Shown here in pieces: positions 12,705-26,665 of a DNA stretch of 64,000 nucleotides. This DNA is from Octopus vulgaris. Its lineage: Eukaryota. The stretch is taken from assembly GCA_951406725.2 (NCBI GenBank), contig OX597815.1:161572001-161636000 (forward strand), in the 5' to 3' direction. A model generated the notes under the pieces. That model saw nothing but the letters and a program-made list of their open reading frames with translations, searched no databases and was not told the DNA's origin. Position 1 is the first letter of the stretch. Every line of letters starts with the position of its first letter. The position numbers were made by a program, and so were the translations under genes.

Positions 12705-13413
12705 AATAAATCAGGCAAGACATTTAAAAGAAAATACATGACCACAAAAGTATTTCATTATGGATGGCGTTTTAAATGTTTTTGTTTAGTGAAGCATAAC
12801 TCAGGCTTACTTATTCCAAATGACATATAAAAATGCTTTGATATATATTGGAGAAATATTAGTAAGCTGATATCAACTAAAAGTAAAAATTTATTTATCA
12901 TCATCATTATCATTTTTGATGCTCACTTTTTATGCTTGCATGGGTCGGATGGAGTTATTCAAGGAAGATTTTCTATAACAGGATGCTACTTCTCCTGTTG
13001 CCAGCTCTCACCTGTTTTCAAGTAAGGTAGTTGCTCTCAGAGTGGTTAGCATCAGGGAGAGCATCCGGCCATAGAAACCATGCCAAATCAGATTGGAGTT
13101 TGGTACAGTCCCTCAGCTTACCAGCCCTGGTCAAACCATCCAACCCATGCCAGCATGGACAAAGGGCGTTAAATGATGATGATGATGATGATGTAATGCA
13201 AGGTGGTATCAAAAAATTCCCCGACTTGAAACAGGTAACTCTGCAAGGGACTGGCATTTTGTTCTGAAGGAATGTTCACCTGCCTGCCTAACCAGGGAAC
13301 TGGACTCATTTGAAAGCTACAACAATTATAGGAAGCTCATCGTGAGTTACAACATTGTGAGGAAGCTTAGTGGTGTATAACAATATCTCATAGTCTGGTT
13401 GATACAGAGATAT

Positions 13414-13456
<43 letters not shown>

Positions 13457-13824
13457 CATATATGAATACATATATACATACATGCATACATACAAGTAAT
13501 TATTGGGGCCTTGGGATGTGGACAAGGTGGTATCAAAAAATTCCCATGCTAGTTCCGTAGTACACCAACAGATCGCAGCACATGGTTGCATCCACAGTGG
13601 GGGCTAGCAGTGACCTTCATGAGACAGTGTGCCAAGTGACATTGCTGTGTTTACTTCACAAGATGTGAAATTTGTGTTTTTGTGATCACTTGTATGCGGT
13701 AGTCTGCGATTTTGTCATAAACAGGAACCAAGAGCCAACATGAAATATCGCATTAAACTTGGGAAGTCTGCTACAGAGACATTGAGTATGCTATTGCAAG
13801 TTTACAGCAACAAGGCAATGAAGT

Positions 13825-13990
13825 TCCATATTTAAGAGATGGGGAATTATGTACATTATTTACATTTGATGGATATTTGTCCTCATCTTATTTGTTGTTA
13901 ACATAACGTTTCGGCTGATATACCCTCCAGCCTTCATCAGGTGTCTTGGGGAAATTTCGAACCTGGGTTCTCATTCCTAAGGTATTTTTC
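13825..13990 (-). mobile_element. Penelope-type terminal repeat (pLTR) segment
   Basis: Reverse complement closely matches 59070-59175, directly downstream of a GIY-YIG ORF end. Confidence 0.8.
13900..13945 (-). ncRNA. Minimal type I hammerhead ribozyme
   Basis: gacac-CUGAUGA-a-GGCUG(gaggguauau)CAGCC-GAAA-CG-UU-auguu; palindromic ACGU stem III; one stem I mismatch. Confidence 0.75.
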
Positions 13991-14030
13991 GATGTTGTTG
14001 TTGTTGATGTTATTATTATTATTATTGTTG

Positions 14031-14109
<79 letters not shown>

Positions 14110-14113
<4 letters not shown>

Positions 14114-14411
14114 TAGTTTTATTTTTATAGCGTGCTTTCACTTCACTACCGAGCGCAGCTCTGTGTGCCTTGGGTATGTGCTGTGATTTGTTGTGATGCT
14201 CTGATGGTTATTGTATGGAAAGTGTTCTGCATAGGATGTGTGCAGTGCCTAGTAGTGCAATTTTCTGTATGTTATATGTGTTTGTAAGTCCTGGTGTTTT
14301 TGTTATGTATTTGTCTGAATATTTTTTTATCATGCCTAATGCACCTACTATGATAGGAATTGTTTCTGTTTTCAGATTCCACATTCCAGTTACCTCTATT
14401 TCCAGGTCTTT

Positions 14412-14412
<1 letters not shown>
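14110..14412 (-). mobile_element. R4/Dong-like RLE non-LTR 3' end inserted in (TAA)n
   Basis: KDLEIEVTGMWNLKTETIPIIVGALGMIKK..IQKIALLGTAHILCRTLSIQ* plus 3'UTR, flanked by (TAA)n; a second putative 3'UTR at 14597-14770. Confidence 0.75.
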
Positions 14413-14470
<58 letters not shown>

Positions 14471-14492
14471 GTTGTTGTTGTTGTTGTTATTG

Positions 14493-14597
<105 letters not shown>

Positions 14598-14766
14598 TAT
14601 GTTTGACTTTTGCATTACATTTGCACAAGCTGGCTCCAAGTCTCATCTAGAGACCTCAAGAGACAACATGTTGGAAGTTCATGTTGGTGTTATGCCTCGG
14701 GTGCCATATATTTGGTTTTGTACTTAGTGTTGTATATTTTGTACTTGGTGTTGTGGTTTTGTACTT

Positions 14767-14843
<77 letters not shown>

Positions 14844-14857
14844 CATTAATATCATTA

Positions 14858-14925
14858 TTCAGGTCACTGCCTGGAATCAAACTCAGAATCTTGGGGTTAA
14901 TAGCCTGCGCTCTTAACCACTCGCC
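14858..14925 (-). mobile_element. tRNA-like SINE head
   Basis: ggcgagtggttaagagcgcaggctattaacccc..gagtttgattccaggcagtgacctg then (aat)n; degraded A and B boxes. Confidence 0.7.
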
Positions 14926-16119
14926 TAAATCAACATGATATCACTTCCGTACCCACCCTATTCCCCAGATTTATCCCCTGCAGAATTCTGTCTTTTCTTC
15001 AAGATGAAAAGGCAGCTCAAAGATCGCTGTTTTATCACCGTTGTAGAGATCCAGAGTGAATCACAGGTCTTCGACTCACTTACAGAAAACAATTTCCAGA
15101 CCAGATTCCAAAAGTTACAAGAATACTGAGACCAGAGTATTGTTGCACAAGGTGACTATTTCAAAGGAGATGATGCTAAAACTCAGGTAAATAAGTTATT
15201 TTTTTTTATTAAACATGACTTGTCCTGGAACCTTTCGATACCACTTTGTATTTACCTATGGCCAGACATGTTTTTGCAGTATGTTGGAAATGAATGATAT
15301 TGCTTGTATGACAGTGGTAACCATTTACAACAAGTACATATTGTCAAGGCAAGGGAACACAAATACACACACACACACACACAAATATACACAAACTCAT
15401 GCACACACACACACACACAAATGCACTCACACACTCACACACACAGATATATATACATACATAATGAGCTTCTTTTAGTTTTCAATTCTCCCTACAAGGC
15501 TTTGGTCAGCCTAAAACTATTGTACAAGATGTTTGCCCAAGGTGCTAAGCAGAGGAATTAAGCCTAGAACCACTGGGAAGAAAACGTCTTACACCACAGC
15601 CATACCTGAAAAGTTCATTGATAGTCAGATCCCAGAGGTTTTAGTTTCTGTTTTTATCCTCATTTAAGAACAAAAATACATTATTTATTTACTTACTTAT
15701 GAAACATTTGATTAAACATTTTATTTTTGATTAGCAGTGTACAGAGGAAGGGTCGTAGTGTTCATGATCTCTGAAGATACTCCTACCACCAAGAATGGTC
15801 AGTTTAATGACATTTATGTTCAGAATTGCAAAGAAAAAAAATTTTATATCATAAGTGTGGGATCAAAATTTACTTAGTGGGTGCAAATCCAGATTCAAAA
15901 ATCTTTACAAACAAGGCTGATTTTTTCAGTCCTGATATGGGTATCATAATAATTGTTATTTTAAATGGGTTTCTTCTGAGTCATCTATAAATGGATTTTT
16001 AATGAGTTTATATATATATGCATGTGTTTACTCTTAACTCTTTCTTTCTAGACAATACTATTATTGTGAGACAACCTAATAAATAACAATTATTATGATA
16101 CCTGTGTTTTTTATCCATA

Positions 16120-17204
16120 TCAGGACTGACAACTGAACAATACTGAGTGATTTTCTTGTACAAATACAAGTTGGGTCACTCTGCCATGGAAGTTCTTCGA
16201 ATCATCAGGTGGTAATGATTCTGTTGATATTAGAAGTGTTCAGAGATGGTTCCAAGGAAATGAAAGCCTTAAAAATGAACCAAGAGGGAGACCAAAATCA
16301 GTTATTCAGCATGATGAATTGAATGCTTTGGTTAAATGAAATTCAAGAACAACTGTCCAAAAAATCGGATCAGAGCTCCAGACATCTCCCACAATTGCTT
16401 CTCGACACTTGAAGAAAATTGGAAAAATTAAAAAGATGGATAGGTTTGTTCCTCATCAACTTAGAGAGATTCAAAGAAACAGACGCCTTACAGTGCATTC
16501 CATGTTGATTTCTCGGTTGAAAAGGGAACCATTTGTGTATCGACTCATTACATGCGATGAGAAATGGATACTCTTTGATAAAAGCAGGAGGACAGAACAG
16601 TGGTTTGATGCAGGAGAATCATCAAAACATTACCCAAAACCACCATTGCCCCCTAAAAAGTTGATGATCACTGTATGGCAGTCAACAAAGGGGGTTATTC
16701 CTTATTAATTTTTGCAACAAGGAAAAACTGTAACAGCATCCTAATGTCAGGAAATTGATTGTATGCATGAAAAATTAAAAAAGAAGTAACCCAGATTAGT
16801 GAATAGAGGTGGCCCAATTTTGCTTCATGATAATGCATGGCCTCACTCTTCTCAAGCTACGGTCCACAAGTTGCAAAGCCTGAATTTTGAAATTTTGGCA
16901 CATCCTCCTTATTCTTCTGACATCTCTCCTACTGATTATTACATAATTAAATGCTTCACGTTTGCTATACACAATGAAACATTCTTAAATAAAGAAAAGG
17001 TAATTGAAACATTTGAACAGTTTATCAGTGTAAAAGATGATAAATTCTTTGAAGATGGAATATATGCCTTAGAGGAATGTTGGATGAATATTATAAATGA
17101 ACAAGGATCATATTTTGATTCAATAAATAAATTTTCTAAAACTTAAAAAATAATTTTAATGTTTCCTTTTACAAATGTGACATTCCATGAGAAACAACCT
17201 AATA
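16120..17204 (+). pseudogene. Mariner DD34D transposase, disrupted, with right TIR
   Basis: FVPHQL, ITCDEKW, LLHDNAWPH and HPPYSSDISPTDY motifs with stops and frameshifts; TIR ending acaacctaata at 17204. Confidence 0.92.
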
Positions 17205-17651
17205 TTATTTCTATATTTGTACATCAATCAAATCAGATAAATCCATCAAGAGAAAAGTAATATTTCAAATCAGTCCAAAAATATTTCCACATTTATTCAT
17301 TTTGGTGGTGAAGTTTTTCAGGAGGATGTTCAAAACATTATAAATGCACAGAAATTTTATGCTGAAAAATTCAAAGTCAAGGATTAAGAAATTAGAAAAA
17401 ATTTGGGAAATAAGGTAAAATTGGAAATTAAGACTGTTTGTTCTGATATTCTGTGCATAGTTAAGAATATGTTTTGGTATTTTCTCTTAAAGACTCTTCT
17501 TATGTATGTTTTCTATGCAATGGGGTTCAAGGGATCAAGTATCAAAAATTTTATTGAAATGTAAAGCTGAGTTCTTATGTCAAAAGTTCTATTGCATTTC
17601 TATAGCAGATTTCAGATTTCTTTTCAGGATATGGTCAGCTGTGCATGTATG

Positions 17652-17684
<33 letters not shown>

Positions 17685-17707
17685 ACGTGCGCGTATGTTT
17701 GAATGTA

Positions 17708-18969
17708 CAGGGGTTGGACAAAACAATGGAAACACCTAGCATCATAGCATCATAATTTTGAAATATCTATAAAACCATCAAAAGCTTGTTTATTTTTATG
17801 TTTTTTTATTTATGATTAGTGTTAGTTAATGTTTTGCTAAAATTGCTGTTTCTTTTCAGATATCATCAGAAAAAGGTAATTAAAATTCATTAAAATGACA
17901 GATCTATCAGACTTTCAAAGAGGTCCAATTGTTGGTGCTCATATGGCAGGTGCTAGTATAATGAAAACAGCTGAAATGTATGGTGTATCAAGAAGTACTG
18001 TCTTGAAAGTAATGACAGCCTTTGAGAAGGAAAGAAAAACATCCTAGTCAAAACAAAACTCCAGAAGAAAACCAAAACTTTCAAATAAGGACCATCAAAC
18101 TCTGATGCAAATTGTTAGAAAGGATCACAAAAGTTACTGCAGAGTTTAATGACCACCTCAAGAACCCAGTTTCCACAAAAACTGTTCATCAGGAGCTGCA
18201 CAAAGCCAGATTTCATGGAAGTTTGCAATCAGAAAAGCACTACTTTCAAAAACAAACGTAGCAAAGCGTTTCGAGTGGAGTAAAAACCTACAAAATTGGT
18301 CCCTACAGCAGTGGAAGAATATCATTTTCTCGGATGAGTCATTCTTTACCTCATTTCCAACCACCGGCTGAGTATATGTGTGCAGACAGCCAAAAGAAGC
18401 ATTTGACCCAGGTTTCTTTTTTCCAACTGTTAAACATGGAGGAGGATCTGTGATGATCTGGCGGTGGGAGGGCTATATCTTGGAAATCCACCAGTCCAGT
18501 GGTTTTCCTTCATGGCAGAATTAATAGTCAAGACTATTTAAACATTTTATCTGATCAAATTCATCCTATGGTTGCAGAACTGTTTCTGGGGGGAAACACA
18601 ATCTTTCAGGATGATAATGCACCAATTCACACAGCTAAAGTTGTTACTTAATGGCACGAAGAACATTTTAGTGAAGTTGAACATCTTATCTGGCCACCAC
18701 ACTCCCCAGATCTCAATATTATTGAACATTTATGGTGCATTTTAGAAAAACAAGTAAGGATTCGATATTCTCCACCATCATCACTACAAGAACTGGAGAC
18801 TGTTTTAGCTGAAGAATGGATAAAAATTCCTTTGGAAACAATTCAAACTTTGTACAAGTCCATACCTAGTAGAATTCAAGCTGTAATTACTGCCAAAAGC
18901 TGTCCCATCACATATTAAAATAAATTTGTTGAAATTTTAAATTGTTTCCATTATTTTGTCCAACCCCTA
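17708..18969 (+). mobile_element. Full-length Tc1 (DD34E) transposon with disrupted transposase
   Basis: TA-flanked TIRs caggggttggacaaaacaatggaaaca and tgtttccattattttgtccaaccccta; ATG at 17895; IFSDES, KHGGGSVMIW, FQDDNAPIH, WPPHSPDLNIIEHLW. Confidence 0.95.
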
Positions 18970-19292
18970 TATATAGTGTGCTAAATGGATTAGGGAAGGC
19001 CTGAAAGGGTCTGGAAAAAACTGTTTTTCTTATAATTGCTATTACATTGAATTATTGTATATTCAAATTTGGCTAAATGCATTGTTTTCAATATTTATTT
19101 TTGATTGCAATAGCCAGTTCTTTTGGTCAAACTATCGTATCTCCAGCTGCTTCAGATGCCAAGATATCAAAAATGATCAAAGTGTAGTAGAACGGTTTTG
19201 ACATAGAACGGTGAAACTGTTTTTACATTTTCTGAAAAAGCAACATTTTGACTTACAGCACTTTTGCATAATAGCAATGATATATATATTTA

Positions 19293-19335
<43 letters not shown>

Positions 19336-19612
19336 GTGTGTGTGTGTGTGTCTAATATGCTTCTAAGATTTACTACTTAGCTTTAGCTTCTTAGCTTCTG
19401 TTTAATGATACTTTATAACATAGTTAAGTATACTTGTCTCCTTTAAATAATGTCATTGGCCTTTTGCTATGTCTTCCCATTATATTTGTTGGCATCCTTT
19501 ATATTCCATAACTAGTGAAATATTTGTTTGTTCAGTGTATGACTTCCTGACTCCACTGTCCTTTGTCTATATTTTCTGAACATATCTTTTATTATTTCAT
19601 ATCTTTATGTAA

Positions 19613-19649
<37 letters not shown>

Positions 19650-19666
19650 AAAAGATGTATATGTAT

Positions 19667-20330
19667 ACAGGCCCAGTCTGATCTGACAGTGTTTCTACAG
19701 CTGGATGCCCTTCCTAACGCCAACCACTCCGAGAGTGTAGTGGGTGCTTTTTATGTGCCACCAGCACAGGTGCCAGATGAGGCTGGCAAACGGCCATGAT
19801 CGGATGGTGCTTTTTACGTGCCACCGGCACGGAGGCCAGTTGGGGCAGCGCTAGCAATGGCCACGTTCGGATGGTTCTCTTACGTGCCACCGGCACTGGT
19901 ATCTCAGCTACAATTTCCATTGATGTTGAACGATTTCGATTTCGATTTTCACTTGCCTCAACAGGTCTTCACAAGTAGGGTTTCTGTCACAAGAAGGAAA
20001 GGTATGCATAAGTGGGCTGGCTACGTCCCAGGTAGAGGCCACGGGTTATGGTCTCACTTGTCCTGCCGGGTCTTCCCATGCACATCATACTTCCAAAGGT
20101 CTCGGTCTCTGGTCACTTCCTCGGTGAGACCTAAAGTTTGAAGGTCGTTCTTCACCACCTCGTCCCAGGCTTTCCTGGGTCTACCTCTTCCACAGGTTCC
20201 CTCAACCGCTAGGGTGTGGCACTTTTTCACACAACTATCTTCATCCATTCTCGATACATGACCATACCAGTGCAAACGTCTCTCTTGCACACCACAACTG
20301 ATGCTTCTTAGGTCCAACTTTTCTCTCAAG
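19667..20330 (-). mobile_element. RTE LINE fragment (ORF end plus most of 3'UTR)
   Basis: LREKLDLRSI..RRLHWYGHV..RGRPRKAW; same family as 4806-6203. Confidence 0.92.
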
Positions 20331-20579
20331 GTAAATATATATATATATATATATGTAGGTCCCGGGTTGAGTCGGGGTTAACCACAGTAAATAAGGTACT
20401 CAATACATAGCAGAGTAAATTAATTTATTTTATAGGAGCTTCTATAGAAGCTCCTTTTATAAAATATATATATATATATATACATACACACATATGTATG
20501 TGTGGGAAGCAAGTATTTTACCATGCAGCCATGACTGCACCTAGAAAATTACTCTGAAAAATATATTTACCCAAATTTT

Positions 20580-20617
20580 GGGCAAACACAGGCACAAAGA
20601 CACACCACACATATATG

Positions 20618-20679
<62 letters not shown>

Positions 20680-20832
20680 TACATGATATGCTTCTTCAGT
20701 TTCCATCTTCTACCAAATCCACCCGCAAGGCTTTGATTGGCCCAACACTTGCCCAAGATGTCACACAGTGGGATTGAACCCAGAACCATGTGGTTGAGAA
20801 GCAAGCATCTTACCACGCAGCCACGACTGCAC
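20580..20832 (-). mobile_element. SINE family A, partial
   Basis: Reverse-complement head ttaccacgcagccacgactgc and cttcagtttccatc..taccaaatccac body. Confidence 0.75.
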
Positions 20833-20983
20833 CTAGAAAATTACTCTGGAAAAAAATTTCCCAGAATTTTCAACTCTTATGCACGTCTCATGCAAACATA
20901 ATATCTACATACAAATTTGGAATACTGGAATAAGCAGATGTGCTTCAAGATGATGCAGCTTGGATTTTTACCCTAACTACATA

Positions 20984-21101
<118 letters not shown>

Positions 21102-21153
21102 TTATCTATATATCTATCTATCAAGCTATCTATCTATTTGTCTATCTGTCTAT

Positions 21154-21236
<83 letters not shown>

Positions 21237-21752
21237 CATATATTATAATGATATTGATGATGTATGCATGCATATACACATGATCTATATATATCATACA
21301 CACACATATGTGCTCATTGTTCTTTTTATTTCTGTTTTTTACATTTAAGGGCAACTGACACCAAGTATGCCAAACATTTAGTTTGTTTTAGAATCTTGAA
21401 GCATCTCATCATTCTCGCTGTTATTTACAGCCTTGAACATAGCAAAAATGATCAACAAAAGTTTTGAAGGGTCAGGAAGTGTCCACCACAAAAAGAAACT
21501 GTTTGTAATTCCATCAATCTTATAAATTGGAATTCCATTGTTCTTATAAATTATTTAAGAAGCAATGCAACCAGCTAACTAGATAGAAAATCTTCTCTAT
21601 GAAACCACATCAATACAATCTAGAATGAATTACTGAAGGAAGTTGTTGAATGAAAATATTATGAATATTGGGAGAATCTTAAATTAGAAACACACTTCTA
21701 ATGTGTAGAAATAGCACATGACAAAACACAGATGAATTAATAAATATAATCA

Positions 21753-22205
21753 CAGGCATGACTGTGTGGTAAAGCGCTTGCTTCCCAACCACATGGTTCT
21801 AGGTTCAGTGCCACTGTGTGGCACCTTCAGTAAGTGCCTTCTACGGTAGCCTCAGGTTGACCAATGCTCTGTGAAAGGATTTGGCAAACAGAACCTGAAA
21901 AAATCCCATCGTGTGTGTGTGCATGTGTGTATGTGTATGTCTGTGTCTGTGTCACTGTGCCAGTGTGTGTGTGCATGTGTGTATGTGTGTGTCTTTATGT
22001 ATGTGTGTGTCTTTATGTATATGTTTGTCCTCAACCACCACTTGACAACCAACACTGGTGTGCTTATGACTCTGTAACTGAGACTCATAGAATAAGTACC
22101 AGGTTTACAAAAAAATAAGTCCTGGGGTCAATTCATTCAGCCATTAGACTGTGGCTCAGCATCGCCACAGTCTAAAGGCTGAAACAAGTAAAAGATAAAA
22201 GATAA
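21753..22205 (+). mobile_element. SINE family A
   Basis: caggcatgactgtgtggtaa..ggttcagtgccactgtgtggcacc..gaaacaagtaaaagataaaa. Confidence 0.85.
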
Positions 22206-22430
22206 AAATATAAGAAAAGAGAAACAAAACAAAAAATGGCAATAAGTGAATCCCTATATGAGCAAACCCTAACTTTTTTTTGACAAATTTCAAACAAGAC
22301 ATTGTTTTTTCCACGAAGCACAGGATCACACTCATAACAAAAAAATAATGTTCATAATATATAATTTAATTATTAAATATATAACACTGTGAAACAAAAT
22401 TTTTATTTATGATTTTTTTTTGTCTTTGGT

Positions 22431-22845
22431 CAGTAAGTGTTATTTCCTATTTGCTTCTATCAAGAAATCAAAGGAAATGACAACTATTCCTTTCAAACTT
22501 TGCTTTTGCCACCTGGACATCAATGTTTTGAATCTGACCTAATTCCCATTACATTTCAGACAAATGCAGTACTGAATTGCTGAAGTATTGATATTATAGC
22601 AAATATTCTGCTTAATACCATAGATTTGCTGGTCAGTTACTTAACCTTAACCACTTGAGCATGCCCCTTAGTGGCTTTATGTACATCTCTAATCATGAGC
22701 AAGAGTTATGGGGGAGCATCATAGCTCATATGTTGAGAGGGATTCTTTGGGGTTTGAATGAATGTAACAAGAGTAAAGCTTGAATGAAATATTAACTATT
22801 TTTCATACTTTCTAGGGGTAAGCAAATAAGAAATAACAGTTGCTA
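22431..22845. mobile_element. MITE with imperfect TIRs
   Basis: cagtaagtgttatttcctatttgctt versus aagcaaataagaaataacagttgcta, plus a second internal inverted block; no clear TSD. Confidence 0.6.
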
Positions 22846-23245
22846 CCCAAGGATAAAAATAGTGTTACACAGTGTAATACATATGTAATGCAAAAAATAC
22901 CTAACAGATTGTGATAGTCAATAAAATATAAATAAAATTTTTTAATTAATTTTTTCTATGCAGCCCAGTACCAAATGATCCTTGGCCTAATACTTTTCCC
23001 TGCCTTTATGAGCACTTGACCTGTTAGAAGCAGTAGCACTTCTTTCTCAAATCTCAGCCTACAATATCAAAAAAAAAAAATGAAATAACATATTGGATAA
23101 TACAGTCTCTGATATACAAAAAAATGGGAAGGTCATAACTGAAACATCGTTGATTTTTTTTATTTTAAGTCTGCTTAATCAAACTGAGTTAGGACTAAAA
23201 ACAGCAACAGCAACGATAAAATCAGTCTCATGCTTACAGACTTAT

Positions 23246-23457
23246 TTAACCCTTTCATTAGCAACCAGGCTGAAACCGTCTCTTGTTCTGAGTACAAATG
23301 TCTTGTTTTCATAATTTTTAAATTAAAATCTTCTACGATTTATGTTCCTAACACTAGTTGAATGATAACTAAGTTATTTTACTAAATTCTTTGTTATATT
23401 TAACGTAATTGAAAGAAACAGAACATCTCAAAATAAATACGGTAACAAGAGGGTTAA
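23246..23457. mobile_element. piggyBac-like MITE
   Basis: TTAA-CCCT...AGGG-TTAA termini, about 210 bp; second copy at 4744-6368. Confidence 0.8.
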
Positions 23458-24302
23458 GCCAGAGCTTACCCTCTGCACTCCAATCTCCATTTTCGTTAGC
23501 ATTTAAGCAGCTGAGAGTACAAGACACCCTAAATGGGACGCCATACCATCACAGGGTTAACCATCAACTGGTATTGGAATTTATTTCCAGATGAGTGAAC
23601 TGAAGCAAAGTCAAATGATGTGACAAAGTCAAAGACAATATACTACTTAGTTGAGGATGGAACCCACTGATTATGGTTGGGAGTCTGAGGTCCTAACTAA
23701 TTGGTCACACATCTCCATTACAACAACATTAGACTTACCAAAAACAAAAGTTCAATTGTTATGGTTAGTAAGCAAAGCCTATCAACCATAAAATCTATAT
23801 CTCGTTTTCACCCTTTTCACACACATGTCTATGTATTTCTTTCTTTCTCGTCATAAAGCAAAGTTGCCTCTTAGGTTAAACATGTATGGGAATGTGTGAA
23901 TGCAGCTGCATATATATGTATATGAGCATTTGCATGAGCTAGCAATGTTTATTCATCTCCAGGCAGATGTTCCTGTCACTATAATGGACAAACAAAATAA
24001 ATATCGCTATGTATAAATACTGCCATGTATAAATACTTACATATAGAAATAAATGCATCTACATCATTGTTCTGCTTGAACAATTTCCATGAACGCCCTC
24101 AACTGAATGATAACAGCTCATAGTATCTCATTAATCTGTGACTACAAACCAAGAGCACCAATTGAATAATGATTTCAGAAAATAATTTCTTCAGTCAAAT
24201 CTGCAACTTAATGTGTAAACTGATTAATGCTTATTAAGTGGAACATTTTAAAAGCTTTAGGCCCTTTACTGACAAGGGGTAGGAAAGTAGGGTTCCAATA
24301 TT

Positions 24303-24346
<44 letters not shown>

Positions 24347-24487
24347 GCTCTCACTCTCTTTTTCTCTCCCCCCTCTCTATCTATCTATCTATCTTCCAAT
24401 TTTTTTTGTCTGGTTTACATTAAGATGAAAGGGGTGAATGTTTATGCCCTTCCTTCACTGAACAACTCATAAATATTAATTTACCAA

Positions 24488-24536
<49 letters not shown>

Positions 24537-25230
24537 CTAGGTATATATATATCATACTTAACAGTTTGTTCCATGTCTTTCGTATAATGACTGTTCATGT
24601 TGATGCGATAAAATCTTTTATTAATACTGCCGTAATATAAGTTTAAACGTTTTATGACTTTCTGTAGTTACACGTTTTAAGAGGTTTAGAGCTAGTTCCA
24701 GTATTTATTTTATACCTCATACACACACACACATACACACACACACACATGCATGCACACACACACACACGCACAATACACACACATACACACACATGCA
24801 TGCACAACACACATACTCACATGCACAAATGCACAAATGCACACAAACACGTACAAACGTGTATAACATACACACTTCATAGAATTCATCTATATACCAT
24901 AGATAGATATATATCAAAAATGTATATATACATATATTTATATCCATATTTATATCTATATCTGTAAATCTATATCAATATATAATGTGTATATATATAT
25001 ATAATGTGTATTTATATATATAATGTGTATATATATATATATATGTGTATATTAATTACATATTATATTTTATATTTTATATTTCTATTTCCTTGTCTAA
25101 TTATATTTACAATATATTTTGTATAATGCCTTTACTGTTATGTAATGGTGTAATAAAGTATTGATTGGGTATCATCTGATGGTTGATGTTTGATTGATTT
25201 AAGTATGTTTCTCCATTTTCTAATTTTGTA

Positions 25231-25273
<43 letters not shown>

Positions 25274-25479
25274 TGCATATGTACACAAGCTCACACACAC
25301 ACACTAAGTCATAAACTCATTTAATGCTTGGCGGTGTGTACATTGATGCAGTGAAAGATTAAATACACAAATGCAGGTATAAATAGCAAAATGTATTATA
25401 TGTGACAGTGTTCTGTTGTCAAAAGCAGGGTACATGAATTATATGAAGTCCTGTGAAAATTGTAATGCTCAGATAGGTA

Positions 25480-25759
25480 ATAATTTTGAACACTGACCAC
25501 CTCTTATGACTTGTAAGGCAATATCTGGACTGGAAAGACATTTGCTAGTTCACAAAAGCATTCCTCCAGAATCAGATTCCAAAGGTCAAAGATATAGAAG
25601 AAACTTCAATAACATCTGTGACTTGTGTTTTAAACCCTGTCAGTCAGCATTTGGTCTTAAAAGTCATCTAAGGGCTCATCAATGGAGTGATTGTACTGTG
25701 TGATGGGGTGATGTGTGTGATGATGGGACAGCTATCATCTGTCAAGATGAAGCAATCAT
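25480..25759 (+). pseudogene. Probable RTE LINE 3' end with two C2H2 fingers
   Basis: TCKAISGLERHLLVH and CDLCFKPCQSAFGLKSHLRAH, then a stop and an (atc)n-type tail continuing after the SINE. Confidence 0.6.
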
Positions 25760-25991
25760 AAGGCGGCAAGCTGGCGGAAACGTTAGCATGGTGGGCAAAA
25801 TGCCTAGCGGTATTTCATCTGCCACTACATTCTGAGTTCAAATTCCGCCTAGGTCGGCTTTGCCTTTCATCCTTTCGGGGTCGATTAAATAAGTACTAGT
25901 TACACACTGGGGTCGATATAATTGAGTTAATCCGTTTGTCTGTCCTTGTTTGTCCCCTCTGTGTGTAGCCCCTTGTGGGCAGTAAAGAAAT
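25760..25991 (+). mobile_element. SINE family B, full-length, with TSD
   Basis: Perfect 16-bp TSD aagatgaagcaatcat at 25744-25759 and 25992-26007. Confidence 0.92.
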
Positions 25992-26665
25992 AAGATGAAG
26001 CAATCATCATCATACATGAGCTTACTCAAATATAAACACTCACATGTAAATCCAAGGACGGAAATTTTGACACAAACACACTTACATGCACACTCATTTA
26101 CACAGATATATGGCTTACAGCACATGTGGCATTCCAATACCACATGTTTTACAACTATCTTCCATCTTATACATATATATATATATGTATATATATATTT
26201 GTATATGCATTTAGCATTTAAATTGGCCATGTCCAACCAAAATATTCTGCATGTTGTATGTTCAAACTGGCCATATCAAGCCTCTCACACCTACCGTACA
26301 ATGCCAATCTAAAAATAAACAATCATATCATCAAAATCTCACAGTTATGAGATGATGCAGGATTAATACAAAGCAACTGAATAACTAAGCATTACTTTTG
26401 ATACAATAATCTGAATGCTAAAGATGTGTGTGGGTGGATGGGGTGTATGTATGTGTGTGTAAAGGTAAGATCCAGAGATCAAGGTGTAGGAAGTTAGTAA
26501 GATTCTAGCAGTCTGTAGAAGGTATAAAAAACAAGTTTCAGGAACAATAGTGGTTTATTGACACAGAAGGTTGTAAATTGTTTTCCTACCAAAGTTCGAT
26601 AAGCTGTACAAAGTTATTGTATAGTCCATGTTTAGCAGCTGGGGTTGCTGTGTATGTGAATAAAA

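Noticed and set aside
14858-14925. tRNA gene (also the heads of SINE families A-E)
   Set aside because: Degraded A/B boxes, no complete acceptor stem, and fused to SINE bodies.
16409-17146. SETMAR-like domesticated gene
   Set aside because: No SET domain, multiple stops and frameshifts, TIR present.
24158-24200. Minus-strand CUGAAGA..GAAA as a hammerhead
   Set aside because: Stem II is unconvincing and the UH site is out of register; likely chance in AT-rich DNA.
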